Origin: Elusimicrobiota bacterium
GTDB taxonomy: Bacteria; Elusimicrobiota; Elusimicrobia; F11
Reading direction: 5' to 3'
NCBI GenBank assembly: GCA_044221725.1
Contig: JBGAON010000002.1
Span: 32,001-96,000, forward strand
Length of the DNA: 64,000 nt
Shown: positions 38,976 to 50,136 of the stretch, piece by piece
Layout: each line of letters opens with the position of its first letter
Position numbering within the stretch: the first letter of the stretch is position 1
Notes under the pieces: model-generated
Told to the model about the DNA's origin: nothing
Seen by the model: only the letters and a program-made list of their open reading frames with translations
Databases searched by the model: none
Translations under genes and position numbers: made by a program

Positions 38976-39794
38976 ATGTCGTCATCCAGGGCCCACGATG
39001 ACGAATCGCACGTGAAGGTTCTTCAGTTCACCGACACGCATTTGTTCGCGACGCCGGATAAGAAGCTGTGCGGAATGAACACCGACGCGTCGTTGCGCGC
39101 CGTGTTGGACCTTTCGCACGAGCTTAACGAAAGGCCGGATTTCATTTTGGCGACCGGCGATTTGTCGCAGGATGTGACCGAAGCCTCCTACAAACGATTC
39201 CTCGAGTATTTTGATGCGTTGAGGGTTCCGGTTTTTTGTTTGCCAGGCAACCACGATTCCACGGCCCGCATGAACAAAATTCTCGATAGCGACAATGTGC
39301 AAATTGTCCGGCAAATTCTCGCCGACGAATGGCAAGTGTTGCTGCTTGATTCTACGGTGCCCGGAAAAAACGGCGGTCACCTTAGAAAAGAAGAGCTTTG
39401 CTTTCTTGATCAGTGCCTATCCGTCCACGACGATAAGCCAACGCTCGTCTGCCTGCATCATAATTTGTTGCCCACCGAAACGCGGTGGTTGGACACGATG
39501 ACCGTGAACAACGCGTCCGAGTTTTTTGAGGTGCTTGATCGTCACGAAAATGCGGTGGCCGTATTGACCGGGCATATTCACCAAGATCTCGTTGCGAGAC
39601 GAAAGAACATACGGATCATTGGCACGCCGTCCACGTGCATTCAGTTTGCGGCGAAGACGCCGACGTTCACGCTCGATACGCAAACACCAGGTTACCGGCG
39701 GCTCGACCTCGGCTCGCGCGGAACAATCCAAACCGACGTCGTGCGACTCAAGAAATTTGAATTCACTCCGGAATACAGCTCAAAGGGTTACTGA
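38976..39794 (+). CDS. cpdA: 3',5'-cyclic AMP phosphodiesterase
   Basis: DTH, TGDLSQD, PGNHD, GHIHQ, PSTCIQF. Confidence 0.88.
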   Translation: MSSSRAHDDESHVKVLQFTDTHLFATPDKKLCGMNTDASLRAVLDLSHELNERPDFILATGDLSQDVTEASYKRFLEYFDALRVPVFCLPGNHDSTARMNKILDSDNVQIVRQILADEWQVLLLDSTVPGKNGGHLRKEELCFLDQCLSVHDDKPTLVCLHHNLLPTETRWLDTMTVNNASEFFEVLDRHENAVAVLTGHIHQDLVARRKNIRIIGTPSTCIQFAAKTPTFTLDTQTPGYRRLDLGSRGTIQTDVVRLKKFEFTPEYSSKGY

Positions 39795-39795
39795 T

Positions 39796-40071
39796 GTGAC
39801 GGTCACGAAACATCTGTTGGTAAAAGGTCACGTGCAAGGGGTTGGGTACCGAATGTCCATGCTGTACGCTGCGAACCGATTTGGACTTGTCGGGTGGGTG
39901 CGCAACACGCGCAACGGGGACGTGGAGGCCGTTGTGCAGGGCGAAGAATCCGATGTTGAAGAGTTTATTGATTGGGCGCACCAAGGCCCGGGTCTCGCAC
40001 GCGTTGATAACGTGGACGTGTCGGACGACAATGGCCAGTTTTCGCAATTTGAAATAAAGGACACCGTTTGA
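39796..40071 (+). CDS. acyP: Acylphosphatase
   Basis: GHVQGVGYR, GWVRN; GTG start inferred. Confidence 0.9.
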   Translation: MTVTKHLLVKGHVQGVGYRMSMLYAANRFGLVGWVRNTRNGDVEAVVQGEESDVEEFIDWAHQGPGLARVDNVDVSDDNGQFSQFEIKDTV

Positions 40072-40592
40072 AAATTCGCGGGGAATTGCACCTCGGTGAT
40101 TATTCGGGAAAAGTCATTCTCGCAGCAAAGCCCGAAGAAAAGTTGGACCATCTCGCTTTGAAATTGGCAGCGTTTGCGATGTTCTTGCCGCGTGGGCCGG
40201 TTGTGGAACCGTCAACGGATCATCCGGGCTTGATGGGTCTCGATATTCGCCCCGACGTTTGCACCTTCAACGACGCCGGCGAGATAAATGTTTGGATCGA
40301 ATGTGGCGAAGTGTCGTTGAACAAACTCGATAAGCTGGCGCGCCGTTTACCGGAAACAAGGATCATTGTCCTGAAATCCGAACAGCGGCAGGCGACGCAA
40401 CAGCGTCAGCGTCTGAACGATGAAATTAAGCACGGAGCCCGCGTCGAAATTTGGACGTGGCGTGAAAACGAGTTCCAACCCTGGTTGCGCGCAATGGAAG
40501 ATAAAACCGAATTGTTCGGCGAAGCGCACGAAAAATCGTTCAACCTCGTCGTGAACGGAGTGCCGTATGCGGTCGATCTTATCTCGGTCTAG
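40068..40592 (+). CDS. YaeQ-family protein
   Basis: E...H...KL.A, PD...WIECG PD-(D/E)xK-like pattern. Confidence 0.7.
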   Translation: MKIRGELHLGDYSGKVILAAKPEEKLDHLALKLAAFAMFLPRGPVVEPSTDHPGLMGLDIRPDVCTFNDAGEINVWIECGEVSLNKLDKLARRLPETRIIVLKSEQRQATQQRQRLNDEIKHGARVEIWTWRENEFQPWLRAMEDKTELFGEAHEKSFNLVVNGVPYAVDLISV

Positions 40593-40637
40593 TTTTTCTA
40601 TGATTTCATTTGAGCATGTAAGAATCGGAGGTTCGTT

Positions 40638-41420
40638 ATGAAACGGTTTTTTTTATTGAATTTTTTGTTGGCGCCGGCGATTTGTGGGGCGGCCATTCAC
40701 ACCGAAAAGGTGTCGTACAAACAAGGCAATGCGACGCTGGTGGGATACTTGGCGTACGATGACGCGGTGAAAGACAAGCGGCCCGGCGTTTTGGTGATTC
40801 ACGAATGGTGGGGTTTGAACGACACCACGAAGCAACACACAGAAGAGATTGCGAAGCTCGGTTATGTGGCGTTTGCGCCGGACATTTATGGCGATGGTAA
40901 GACGACCAGCGATCCGGCCGAAGCAGCGAAGATTTCCGGAATCTACAAAAGCGATCGCGGGCTCATGCGGGGGCGCGCGAACGCGGGACTCAAGGTTTTG
41001 AGAAGTCAGCCGCTGGTGGACGGGAAAAAATTGGCCGCCATTGGGTTTTGTTTTGGCGGCACGACCGCGCTTGAGTTGGCGCGCGCTGGAGCCGATACGA
41101 AAGGCACGGTTTGTTTCCATGGCGGGCTCGATACGCCGAACACCGCGGATGCGAAGAATATTCATGGGAAAGTTCTCGTGCTCACCGGCGGCGACGATAA
41201 TTATGTGCCGATCGAACAAATAAAAACCTTTGAAGAAGAAATGCGGAACGCGAAGGTGGACTGGCAAGTGTTCGCGTACGGTGGCGCCGTTCACGGGTTT
41301 ACAAACCCAAGCGCGGGCACCGACAACTCCAAAGGCTACGCCTATAACGCAAAGGTGACGCAGCGCGCGTGGGAAGCCATGACGTCGTTTTTTAATGAAA
41401 TCTTCTCCAGCCCCCGCTAA
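40638..41420 (+). CDS. Dienelactone hydrolase family protein, secreted
   Basis: HEWWGLN, GFCFGG, AVHGFTNP. Confidence 0.92.
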   Translation: MKRFFLLNFLLAPAICGAAIHTEKVSYKQGNATLVGYLAYDDAVKDKRPGVLVIHEWWGLNDTTKQHTEEIAKLGYVAFAPDIYGDGKTTSDPAEAAKISGIYKSDRGLMRGRANAGLKVLRSQPLVDGKKLAAIGFCFGGTTALELARAGADTKGTVCFHGGLDTPNTADAKNIHGKVLVLTGGDDNYVPIEQIKTFEEEMRNAKVDWQVFAYGGAVHGFTNPSAGTDNSKGYAYNAKVTQRAWEAMTSFFNEIFSSPR

Positions 41421-43341
41421 ACCAAAAGATTTTGCGGGTCTGCGCGTCGGCGCGTTCGAAAGCCGCATGCAGGCCGAGATGACGCGGCTCATTGAAAACC
41501 TGCACGGCGTGCCTTTCGTGGCACCTTCCGTGCGTGAGGTTCCACTCGAAGAGAACAAAGAAGCGTTTCAATTCTGGGACGAACTGAAAGCCGGCCGTGT
41601 TCAAATGATTATTCTCATGACCGGCGTGGGCACAAAAACATTGATCCGCGCTCTGTCCACCAAAGCGCCCACCGCTGACGTTGCTAAAGCGTTTGAGAAG
41701 ACTATTCTTGTCGCGCGCGGCCCGAAGCCATCGAAAGCGCTTGCTGAGTTTGGCTTGTCTCCGACCATTCGAGTTCCAGAGCCCAACACGTGGCGTGACG
41801 TTCTGCGCACGTTGGATGCAACGCGCGATATCACCGGTTTCACGGTCGCTGTTCAAGAATACGGCGAGCCGAATCGAATTTTCTTGGCCGAGCTTGCGGC
41901 CCGCGGAGCGCGCGTGCTGCAAGTTCCGGTCTACCGCGCCGAGTTGCCCGAAGATGCCACACCGCTGCGCGAACAGGTCGAACGCATTGTCCGAGGTGAC
42001 ATTGACGTTCTTCTTTTTACGAACGCCACTCAGGTCGAACACGCGATGGCCATGGCGCGGCAGATTGGGAAAGCCCAAGAATTTCGCGATGCGTTTTACC
42101 GCACGGCCGTTCTGTCTGTTGGTCCTTCGTGTTCGGATATGTTGCGATCGTACGGGCTTCCCGTCGATGCAGAACCGGAGCGACCCATGATGGGTGCGCT
42201 CGTTGCGAAAGCCTCGGAGGTGTCTGCCCAAATTCTCGAAGGCAAGAAAAATGTTTCGGTGATTGTTCCAGCCCGATCAAGTGGTCTTTCAAAACCCGGA
42301 GACGTGCTTCACGAATCGTTGTTGCTCAAAGCCTGCCGCCGAGAAAAAACAGAGCGCACGCCGATTTGGCTCATGCGGCAAGCGGGCCGCTACATGAAGG
42401 AGTACCGCGAGCTGCGCGCAAAAATTTCGTTTTTGGACCTCTGTAAAAATTCGGATTTGGCCGCCGAAGTCACCGTGGACGCCGCGCACCGTCTGGGCGT
42501 CGATGCCGCGATAATTTTTTCAGATCTTCTGCCGATTGTTGAGCCGCTTGGGTTTCGGTTGTCGTACGGCACCGATCAGGGGCCGGTGATTGCGAATCCG
42601 GTGAAAACGGCCGCGGACGTGCAGCGCGTGCAAACACCGGACATTGAGAACACCATGGATTTCGTTTTCAAAGCGATTCGCAAAACACGGCACGCTCTTA
42701 AGCCCGACATTCCTTTGATCGGTTTCGCTGGGGCACCGTTCACGGTCGCGTCGTACCTTATTGAAGGCAAAGGATCCAAGAATTTCGTTGATACGAAACG
42801 GTTCATGGTCGAAGAGAACGCCGCTTGGAACAGCTTGCTCACAAAAATTACCGACGCGACAATTTTGTATTTAAACGCGCAAATCGCCGCTGGTGCGCAA
42901 CTCGTTCAGTTGTTTGATAGTTGGGTTGGATGCTTGGCGCCCGAAGATTTTCGGCAACACGTGTTGCCGCACACGCGTCGACTCGTGAAAAACATAACAC
43001 CGGGCGCGCCGGTCATTACGTTCGGCACGCAGACCGCGGGACTTCTGCCGTTGTTCAAAGAGGTCGGCGGGGACGTTGTGGGGGTTGATTGGCGCATTGA
43101 GCTGGACGCCGCGTGGGAAACGCTCGGGGGGTCGGCGGACGTTGCTATCATGGGAAATTTCGATCCGACAATTTTGTTCTCAAATATCGCCGAGATTCGT
43201 TCGAAAGCGAAACGAATTCTCAATCAAGCGGCCGAGCGTCCCGGTCATATTTTTAACCTTGGCCATGGAATTCTTCCTGGCACGCCGATCGAAAACGTGC
43301 ACGCGCTGATCGCTGCGGTTAAAGAATCAAACGCCCAATGA
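41395..43341 (+). CDS. hemE: Fused uroporphyrinogen-III synthase / uroporphyrinogen decarboxylase (HemD-HemE)
   Basis: N-half has ARGPKP, VPVYR and FTNATQV (HemD). C-half has PIWLMRQAGRY, IIFSDLL and IFNLGHGI (HemE). Confidence 0.92.
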   Translation: MKSSPAPAKPKDFAGLRVGAFESRMQAEMTRLIENLHGVPFVAPSVREVPLEENKEAFQFWDELKAGRVQMIILMTGVGTKTLIRALSTKAPTADVAKAFEKTILVARGPKPSKALAEFGLSPTIRVPEPNTWRDVLRTLDATRDITGFTVAVQEYGEPNRIFLAELAARGARVLQVPVYRAELPEDATPLREQVERIVRGDIDVLLFTNATQVEHAMAMARQIGKAQEFRDAFYRTAVLSVGPSCSDMLRSYGLPVDAEPERPMMGALVAKASEVSAQILEGKKNVSVIVPARSSGLSKPGDVLHESLLLKACRREKTERTPIWLMRQAGRYMKEYRELRAKISFLDLCKNSDLAAEVTVDAAHRLGVDAAIIFSDLLPIVEPLGFRLSYGTDQGPVIANPVKTAADVQRVQTPDIENTMDFVFKAIRKTRHALKPDIPLIGFAGAPFTVASYLIEGKGSKNFVDTKRFMVEENAAWNSLLTKITDATILYLNAQIAAGAQLVQLFDSWVGCLAPEDFRQHVLPHTRRLVKNITPGAPVITFGTQTAGLLPLFKEVGGDVVGVDWRIELDAAWETLGGSADVAIMGNFDPTILFSNIAEIRSKAKRILNQAAERPGHIFNLGHGILPGTPIENVHALIAAVKESNAQ

Positions 43342-44711
43342 ACATTTCGCTCGACTTGTTGCGCAAGTACAACGTGCAGGGACCCCGCTACACGTCTTAT
43401 CCGCCGGCGCCGTCGTGGTCGGATGCCATTGGCCCGCGCGAATACCAGCAAGCCATTGCGGATAGCAATAACACTCCGCGGCCGGTGCCGCTGTCGCTTT
43501 ATTTCCATTTGCCGTTTTGCGAAAAGCTTTGTTATTTCTGTGGGTGCACGACGGTCATTACGGGGCGGGATCGGCGCAAGGAAGATCCGTATCTCCAATC
43601 CATTTTTAAAGAAATTGATTGGCTGGGGGACCGTGTTTCAAAGGACCGCGCCGTGGTTCAATTGCATCTTGGCGGTGGAACGCCGACATACAGCTCGGGC
43701 GAAAATCTATCGCAATTGATGGCGCGTGTGCGAAACAAATTTACGCTGGATTCCTCTGCTGAGCTCGGTATTGAAGTCGATCCACGCGTGACCACGGCGG
43801 ATCACTTAAACGCGCTTCGCATGAACGGATTTAACCGTCTCTCTATGGGTGTGCAAGATTTTGATCCACGGGTTCAGAAAGCGATCAATCGCGTGCAGTC
43901 GTTTGACGCAACGCGCCTATTGGTAGCGACCGCACGGTCGATCGGTTTTCAGAGTATCAATATGGATTTGATTTACGGCTTGCCTCACCAAACGGTGGCG
44001 TCGTTCGATGAAACAATCAAAAAGATTTTGGAAATTGGACCGGACCGGCTTGCAATTTATTCGTACGCCCACGTGCCGTGGATGAAAAGACATCAGGAAG
44101 TGATTGCGAAATATTTGCCGGTGGAAAAGGAAAAGTTTGAGATTTTCCTGCGGGCGATGAAACGCTTCACGGAGGCTGGTTTTGATTATATCGGCATGGA
44201 TCATTTCGCGCGACCCGCCGATGAGTTGTCGGTGGCGCGAGCGAACCGGACGTTGTGGCGAAATTTCCAGGGCTATACCACCAAAGCGGGCACGGATTTG
44301 TTTGGGCTTGGCATGAGCGCGATCGGCAATGTGAACGGTGGTTTCTTTCAAAACGCGCGTGAGCTCGTTGCCTATGAAAACGCGGTTGATGCGGGCGGCC
44401 CGGCGACGGTGCGCGGATTTAAATTATCAAAGGACGACGCGGTGCGCTCGCGCGTGATTCAAAATTTGCTGTGTCACGCGGTCGTCGTGAAATCCGAAAT
44501 CGAAAAACAATTCGACATCAAATTCGACTCCTATTTTGCCGAGGCGCTCGGAAGGTTGGCGCCGCTCGCGGCCGATGGTTTGGTAAAAGTCACGGCACAA
44601 GAAATTCGACCCACGGAAATCGGCCGTGTTTTTCTGCGCAATCTCGCTATGCCGTTTGACGCGTATCTTCCGAAGGAAGGCGAGAAAAAAGTTTTTTCAA
44701 GAACGGTATGA
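43338..44711 (+). CDS. hemN: Oxygen-independent coproporphyrinogen III oxidase
   Basis: GPRYTSYP, HLPFCEKLCYFCGC, RNFQGYT. Confidence 0.95.
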   Translation: MNISLDLLRKYNVQGPRYTSYPPAPSWSDAIGPREYQQAIADSNNTPRPVPLSLYFHLPFCEKLCYFCGCTTVITGRDRRKEDPYLQSIFKEIDWLGDRVSKDRAVVQLHLGGGTPTYSSGENLSQLMARVRNKFTLDSSAELGIEVDPRVTTADHLNALRMNGFNRLSMGVQDFDPRVQKAINRVQSFDATRLLVATARSIGFQSINMDLIYGLPHQTVASFDETIKKILEIGPDRLAIYSYAHVPWMKRHQEVIAKYLPVEKEKFEIFLRAMKRFTEAGFDYIGMDHFARPADELSVARANRTLWRNFQGYTTKAGTDLFGLGMSAIGNVNGGFFQNARELVAYENAVDAGGPATVRGFKLSKDDAVRSRVIQNLLCHAVVVKSEIEKQFDIKFDSYFAEALGRLAPLAADGLVKVTAQEIRPTEIGRVFLRNLAMPFDAYLPKEGEKKVFSRTV

Positions 44712-45397
44712 GAATTCATCGAGAGAGACATCGCACGGATCGTGTTGGATGGTTGCGCGCCGCCGTGCTCGGAGCGAACGACGGGATTGTTTCGACGGCG
44801 AGTTTGCTATTGGGCGTAGCCGCGTCCAACGCGTCCCATAGAAATGTGCTTGTGGCCGGTGTCGCGGCGCTTGTGGCAGGGGCGATGTCGATGGCGGCGG
44901 GCGAATACGTTTCTGTTTATTCGCAGGCGGACACCGAGCGTGCCGATCGCGATCGCGAAAAGCGCGAATTGAAAGAAAATCCGGAGGGCGAACTTCAAGA
45001 ATTGACGGGAATTTACATCGAGCGCGGGCTGGACGAAGCGCTCGCTAAGAAAGTCGCCGTGCAGCTGACGGAACGCAACGCGCTCAGAGCCCATTTGCGC
45101 GATGAGCTCGGCATTACCGAAGCGCTGAGCGCGCGGCCGCTTCAGGCGGCCGTCACATCCGCCATCAGTTTTGCATTGGGAGCGATGTTGCCGTTGGCCG
45201 TGGCGTCTTTGGCGAGCGTCGAATCGTTTACTGTTTTGGTCGGTGGCACATCGTTATTGTTTCTTTCGGTTCTCGGAGGCTTGGCCGCACGTGTTGGAGG
45301 CGCCAGCGTTATCAAGGGCGCGTTGCGCGTCACCTTCTGGAGTACGCTGGCGATGGCGCTCACCACTTTCGTCGGCAAGATGTTCGGCGTTAGCTAA
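44708..45397 (+). CDS. VIT1/CCC1 family iron/manganese transporter
   Basis: WLRAAVLGANDG, SMAAGEYVSV. Confidence 0.93.
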   Translation: MRIHRERHRTDRVGWLRAAVLGANDGIVSTASLLLGVAASNASHRNVLVAGVAALVAGAMSMAAGEYVSVYSQADTERADRDREKRELKENPEGELQELTGIYIERGLDEALAKKVAVQLTERNALRAHLRDELGITEALSARPLQAAVTSAISFALGAMLPLAVASLASVESFTVLVGGTSLLFLSVLGGLAARVGGASVIKGALRVTFWSTLAMALTTFVGKMFGVS

Positions 45398-46722
45398 GCC
45401 GAGATTTTAGCGGCCAACGCGAGCGCGGCGTTCACGACGTCTCCCACCGAAATTCCACCTCGATAGTTTCCAACAAAAGAAAGTCCCGGATAATTTTGTT
45501 CGGCTTCCTTTAGTTTTCGAAGTCGTTCGGCGTGCCCAATGGTGTATTGAGGAATTGCCTCCGCGTGGCGCGTCAGGCGCGCGAACACCGGTTCGCCGGT
45601 CAACTTCATTGTGGGGCGCAGGTTTTCAAGCGCACGTCGTTTAAGTTCATCATCCGACAAGCGCAGCAACGATGCATTCGCATCACCGCCCATGAACACG
45701 GTCCACAAAACATGATCGTCGGGCGCACGTTCCGGAAAAAGATTCGAGCTCCACAAACAACCGAGGATGTCGGAATTTTCGGTGGGGGCCACAAGATAGC
45801 CAAATCCTTCTTTTGGCGAACCAATTTGGTTTTTCCGAAAACCAAAATGAAGCACGGCAACCGGTGCGTAGCGGATTTCTCGAAGCGCCTCGGCCGCTGC
45901 AGGAGACAGTGGATGAACGATGCGAGCCGATTCTTTGGCCGGGGCTGCGAGGATCACGTGCGTGGCCGAAAGCGTGTGGGAAGAACCAGAAACCTCCCAG
46001 CCCGTTTTTGTCGGCCGCAGGTCGGAAACGGAAAAATTTGTGCGCAGTTCGTTGCCGATTCGTGCGGCCATTTCTTTTGTCAACGTTTCAATACCCTGGC
46101 GAAACGAAACCAGGCCGCGGGGGGTCGCGCGACTGGCTTTCGGTTTGCCCGAGCGAAGCATTCCTTTCAGCAGGCTCCCAAAATTTTTTTCCCATTCATG
46201 TAGCTTTGGGAACGCGCTCCATGCCGAAAGTTTGGAGACGTCGCCGGCCCACACACCTGAAACAAAAGGAGCAATAAGTCTATCGGTCACTTCTTCACCG
46301 AGTCGTCGTTTCGCGAACGCGAGCAACGTTTCCTCGTGATTGGACTCGTCAAACGGCACGAACGGTTCTCTGAGCAGTCGCAGTTTGCCGCGCAACGTGA
46401 GCAGCGAACTGGTGAACAGCATTAGCGGCGATAACGGCACGGCGTGCAGAGCGCCATTGTGAAGGACGTAACGCGGCGTGCGAGGGCTCTTGATGAGCAG
46501 TTGGGATTCGAGTCCGAGCGTGTGAACCAAATTGATCAAGTTCGGCGTCGATTGAATTGTGTTTGGCCCAAACTCAAGGAAAAAACCGTGGTCCTGTTCG
46601 GTACGAACAGCGCCGCCGGCCCGGTCCGATTTCTCAAGAACCGTTACCGAAACGCCCGTTTCTTTTAATGCGACAGCGGCTGTGAGGCCAGCCAAACCGC
46701 TGCCGATAATGACCACCTTCAT
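45394..46722 (-). CDS. hemY: Protoporphyrinogen oxidase (HemY type)
   Basis: MKVVIIGSGLAGL FAD motif, EFGPN, AIPQY. True start is 46722, not 47106. Confidence 0.92.
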   Translation of the reverse strand: MKVVIIGSGLAGLTAAVALKETGVSVTVLEKSDRAGGAVRTEQDHGFFLEFGPNTIQSTPNLINLVHTLGLESQLLIKSPRTPRYVLHNGALHAVPLSPLMLFTSSLLTLRGKLRLLREPFVPFDESNHEETLLAFAKRRLGEEVTDRLIAPFVSGVWAGDVSKLSAWSAFPKLHEWEKNFGSLLKGMLRSGKPKASRATPRGLVSFRQGIETLTKEMAARIGNELRTNFSVSDLRPTKTGWEVSGSSHTLSATHVILAAPAKESARIVHPLSPAAAEALREIRYAPVAVLHFGFRKNQIGSPKEGFGYLVAPTENSDILGCLWSSNLFPERAPDDHVLWTVFMGGDANASLLRLSDDELKRRALENLRPTMKLTGEPVFARLTRHAEAIPQYTIGHAERLRKLKEAEQNYPGLSFVGNYRGGISVGDVVNAALALAAKISA

Positions 46723-46765
46723 ATTCCCATCATTCAATATAAATTTGATATTAACCACCCCTGAC

Positions 46766-47827
46766 ATGAAAACAATAATTGTCACGGGCGGCGCTGGTTT
46801 TATTGGTTCGAACTTTGTGCGGCTTGCGTTAAAGAAAACGCAAGATCGTGTGGTCGTTGTCGATAAACTCACGTACGCCGGCAATCTCGCCAGTTTGAAA
46901 GATGTTTCATCGGGACCGCGCTTCAAGTTTGTTGAAGCGGACATTGCGGATGCAACCGCGATGAAAAATCTCTTCCGCGACGTGGAACCGACCGCCCTGA
47001 TTAATTTCGCTGCCGAGACCCATGTTGATCGATCCATTGACGGCCCGCACGCGTTTATTAACACAAATCTCATGGGCACGTTTGTGCTGCTCGAGGCGGC
47101 CCGCAAATATTTCGGAACCGCTTCCGATGAATGCAGGAAAGATTTTCGTTTCCTCCATGTCTCGACCGACGAAGTTTACGGATCGCTCGGCAAAACAGGA
47201 CTTTTCACCGAAGAAACGACTTACGAACCAAATTCTCCATACTCGGCGTCCAAGGCGGGCGCGGATCATTTGGTGCGCGCCTATTTCGCGACGTACGGTT
47301 TGCCCGCGTTCGTGACAAATTGCTCAAACAATTACGGTCCCTTTCAATTTCCCGAAAAACTAATTCCTCTCACGATCATGAACGCGCTCGAACAAAAACC
47401 GTTACCGATTTATGGCGACGGTGGCAACGTCCGTGATTGGCTGTTCGTCGAAGATCATTGCGAAGCGCTGATGCTCGCGCTTGCCAAGGGGAAGCCCGGC
47501 GAGAAATACAACATTGGTGGAAGCGCCGAACGCACGAACCTCCAGGTTGTCGACAAAATTTGCGCGCTGCTCGACAAATTTCAGCCGTTGGGGGCCAAAC
47601 GCAGCTACAAAGATTTAAAGACGTTCGTTCAAGACCGGCCGGGCCACGACCGGCGGTACGCGATCGATGCATCAAAGTTTCGCAGGGAGACCGGTTGGAA
47701 GCCTTCGCACGATTTTGATTCCGGACTCGAACAAACCGTTCGCTGGTACATGGAAAACAAAACATGGTGCGAAACGGTTCAATCCGGAAAATATCGTCGG
47801 GAACGATTGGGGCTCGCGAAATCATGA
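46766..47827 (+). CDS. rfbB: dTDP-glucose 4,6-dehydratase
   Basis: [32 protein letters not shown]. Confidence 0.95.
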   Translation: MKTIIVTGGAGFIGSNFVRLALKKTQDRVVVVDKLTYAGNLASLKDVSSGPRFKFVEADIADATAMKNLFRDVEPTALINFAAETHVDRSIDGPHAFINTNLMGTFVLLEAARKYFGTASDECRKDFRFLHVSTDEVYGSLGKTGLFTEETTYEPNSPYSASKAGADHLVRAYFATYGLPAFVTNCSNNYGPFQFPEKLIPLTIMNALEQKPLPIYGDGGNVRDWLFVEDHCEALMLALAKGKPGEKYNIGGSAERTNLQVVDKICALLDKFQPLGAKRSYKDLKTFVQDRPGHDRRYAIDASKFRRETGWKPSHDFDSGLEQTVRWYMENKTWCETVQSGKYRRERLGLAKS

Positions 47828-48699
47828 AAGGCATAATTCTTGCGGGGGGCGCTGGTACACGGCTTTATCCGCTCACGCGGGCGGTCAGTAAACAGTTGGT
47901 GCCCATATACGATAAGCCAATGATTTATTACCCCTTATCGATTTTGATGCTCGCGGGCATTCGTGACATTTTAGTGATCACAACGCCGCACGAACAAGAC
48001 GGTTTTCGTCGTTTGTTATCGGACGGCAGTTGGTTGGGGCTGCGGATTCAATACGCGACGCAGGCAAAGCCGCGCGGCATTGCCGATGCTTTTCTTGTTG
48101 GTCAACATTTTATTGGCAACGACCGCGTCGCGCTGATACTCGGCGATAATATTTTCTATGGCCACGGATTGCCGAAACAACTTCGCACGGCGGCGGCCCG
48201 CAAAAGTGGTGCCACCGTTTTTGGTTATCAAGTGAGCGATCCCGAGCGTTACGGCGTTGTCACCTTCAACGCGAAAGACAAAGCGGTCAAAATTGAAGAG
48301 AAACCGAAAAATCCAACGTCGTCCTTCGCGGTGACGGGACTTTATTTTTATGACAACGATGTGGTGAAGATTGCGAAAAATCTGAAGCCGTCCAAGCGCG
48401 GCGAACTCGAAATTACCGACGTGAACGATGCCTATTTAAAACGCGGGCGACTTCACGTTGAAAAGCTCGGGCGCGGGATCGCGTGGCTCGACACCGGAAC
48501 GCACGCCTCGCTGCTCCAGGCAAGCAATTTCATTGAAACCATTCAGTCGCGTCAGGGGCTCATTGTTTCGTGCGTCGAAGAAATTGCCTTTAAACTCGGC
48601 AACATCAGCGCGGACAAATTGCGCGAACTCGCGAAGGTAATGGAATCGAACGGGTACGGACAGTATCTCATGCGTGTGGCCAACGGGACGATTCTCTAA
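47824..48699 (+). CDS. rfbA: Glucose-1-phosphate thymidylyltransferase
   Basis: [28 protein letters not shown]. Confidence 0.95.
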   Translation: MKGIILAGGAGTRLYPLTRAVSKQLVPIYDKPMIYYPLSILMLAGIRDILVITTPHEQDGFRRLLSDGSWLGLRIQYATQAKPRGIADAFLVGQHFIGNDRVALILGDNIFYGHGLPKQLRTAAARKSGATVFGYQVSDPERYGVVTFNAKDKAVKIEEKPKNPTSSFAVTGLYFYDNDVVKIAKNLKPSKRGELEITDVNDAYLKRGRLHVEKLGRGIAWLDTGTHASLLQASNFIETIQSRQGLIVSCVEEIAFKLGNISADKLRELAKVMESNGYGQYLMRVANGTIL

Positions 48700-48700
48700 C

Positions 48701-49264
48701 ATGAAATTTGTGCCCACCGATCTTCCGGGCGTGATGATCATCGAACCGGTCGTTTTTCGAGATGATCGCGGCTTTTTCTTTGAGAATTATCATAAAAAAA
48801 GATTTGTTGAAGCCGGGATCACGTTGCCGTTCGTTCAAGACAATATTTCCAGGTCCACAAAAGGAACGCTGCGCGGTTTGCATTTGCAATTGCGGCAGCC
48901 TCAGGGAAAATTGATCCGCGCAATTGCCGGTGAAATTTTTGATGTGGCAGTCGACGTGCGCGTTGGTTCTCCCACGTTTAAGAAATGGGTATCGGTGAGA
49001 CTCTCAGCGGACAATTTCAAAATGATCTATGTGCCGCCCGGTTTTGCGCACGGGTTTTACACGCTCAGCGACGTGGCGGACGTTGGGTACAAATGCACCG
49101 ACTTTTACGATGGCCCCGGCGAGGGCGGTATCGCTTGGAATGATCCTGAAATTGGCATTGATTGGCCGAACATGTCGCCGCTTCTTTCTGCAAAAGACCA
49201 AAAGTGGCCGAAAATTAAAGACGCCATCGAACAGCTCTCCGGTTACCCTGCCTATCGAACATGA
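48701..49264 (+). CDS. rfbC: dTDP-4-dehydrorhamnose 3,5-epimerase
   Basis: DDRGFF, GTLRGLH, GFAHGF. Confidence 0.95.
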   Translation: MKFVPTDLPGVMIIEPVVFRDDRGFFFENYHKKRFVEAGITLPFVQDNISRSTKGTLRGLHLQLRQPQGKLIRAIAGEIFDVAVDVRVGSPTFKKWVSVRLSADNFKMIYVPPGFAHGFYTLSDVADVGYKCTDFYDGPGEGGIAWNDPEIGIDWPNMSPLLSAKDQKWPKIKDAIEQLSGYPAYRT

Positions 49265-50136
49265 AAATCTTGTTAACGGGCGCCTCGGGCCAGTTGGGGC
49301 GCGCGCTTCAGGCTCAAGGCGCGGTTCACAACGGTTATCAGTTCGTTTCGTTTTCACATTCCCAGCTCGATATTGCATCGCTCGCATCGGTAAAAAAATG
49401 TGTCGAGAAAGTGGCGCCCGATGTGGTTATAAACTGCGCCGCCTACAATTTTGTTGATCAAGCCGAAGATGATCGCGATGCGGCGTTTGCGGTCAATGAG
49501 AGGGGCCCCGAAAATCTCGCCAAAACGACCGCCGCGCTAAAAATTCCGCTTGTCCATGTTTCCACGGACTTTGTGTTCGACGGACAAAAGAAATCACCGT
49601 TTGTCGAAAGCGATGCGCCGCATCCGCTTGGGGTTTACGCGCAAAGCAAACTGGCCGGCGAGAAGGCGGTTTTGCAACACAATTCGGCAAGTTACGTCGT
49701 GCGAACCGCTTGGGTGTATCTGATGGGAGGGAGGAATTTTTTGGCCACGCTTCCAACACTTACCGAAAAAAACGATTTAAAAATCGTAAGCGATCAATTC
49801 GGTTCGCCGACCTATGCCCCGCATCTCGCACGAAGAATTCTCGATTTGTTGGACCAACGGGCAGCGTTTGGGCTTTATCACATGGCCGGACGGGGGGGCG
49901 CGTCACGCTTTCAATTTGCCGTCAAATTTTTTGATCTCATGAACATTAACAAAGTCATCGTGCCGATCTCGGCAACGCTTTTCCCGCAAAAAGCGCGCCG
50001 GCCCGATTATTCGGTTCTCGATACGGAACGCGGTGAAATCTTTCGATTGCCCAGTTGGGAACAGGGGGTGACGGATTTTGTTAAGGATCTAAAGAAGCAA
50101 TCGCGGGAACAGGGAGTTTCTTACCATGGAATGTGA
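49261..50136 (+). CDS. rfbD: dTDP-4-dehydrorhamnose reductase
   Basis: TGASGQLG, STDFVFDG, YAQSK, DQFGSPT. Confidence 0.93.
   Translation: MKILLTGASGQLGRALQAQGAVHNGYQFVSFSHSQLDIASLASVKKCVEKVAPDVVINCAAYNFVDQAEDDRDAAFAVNERGPENLAKTTAALKIPLVHVSTDFVFDGQKKSPFVESDAPHPLGVYAQSKLAGEKAVLQHNSASYVVRTAWVYLMGGRNFLATLPTLTEKNDLKIVSDQFGSPTYAPHLARRILDLLDQRAAFGLYHMAGRGGASRFQFAVKFFDLMNINKVIVPISATLFPQKARRPDYSVLDTERGEIFRLPSWEQGVTDFVKDLKKQSREQGVSYHGM

Noticed and set aside
39592..39795. Long N-terminal extension of acylphosphatase
   Set aside because: Overlaps cpdA; the domain begins at GTG 39796.
46723..47106. N-terminal extension of hemY, and the 46559 start of rfbB, in the ORF track
   Set aside because: The extensions overlap the divergent gene; both Rossmann motifs begin right at 46722 and 46766.
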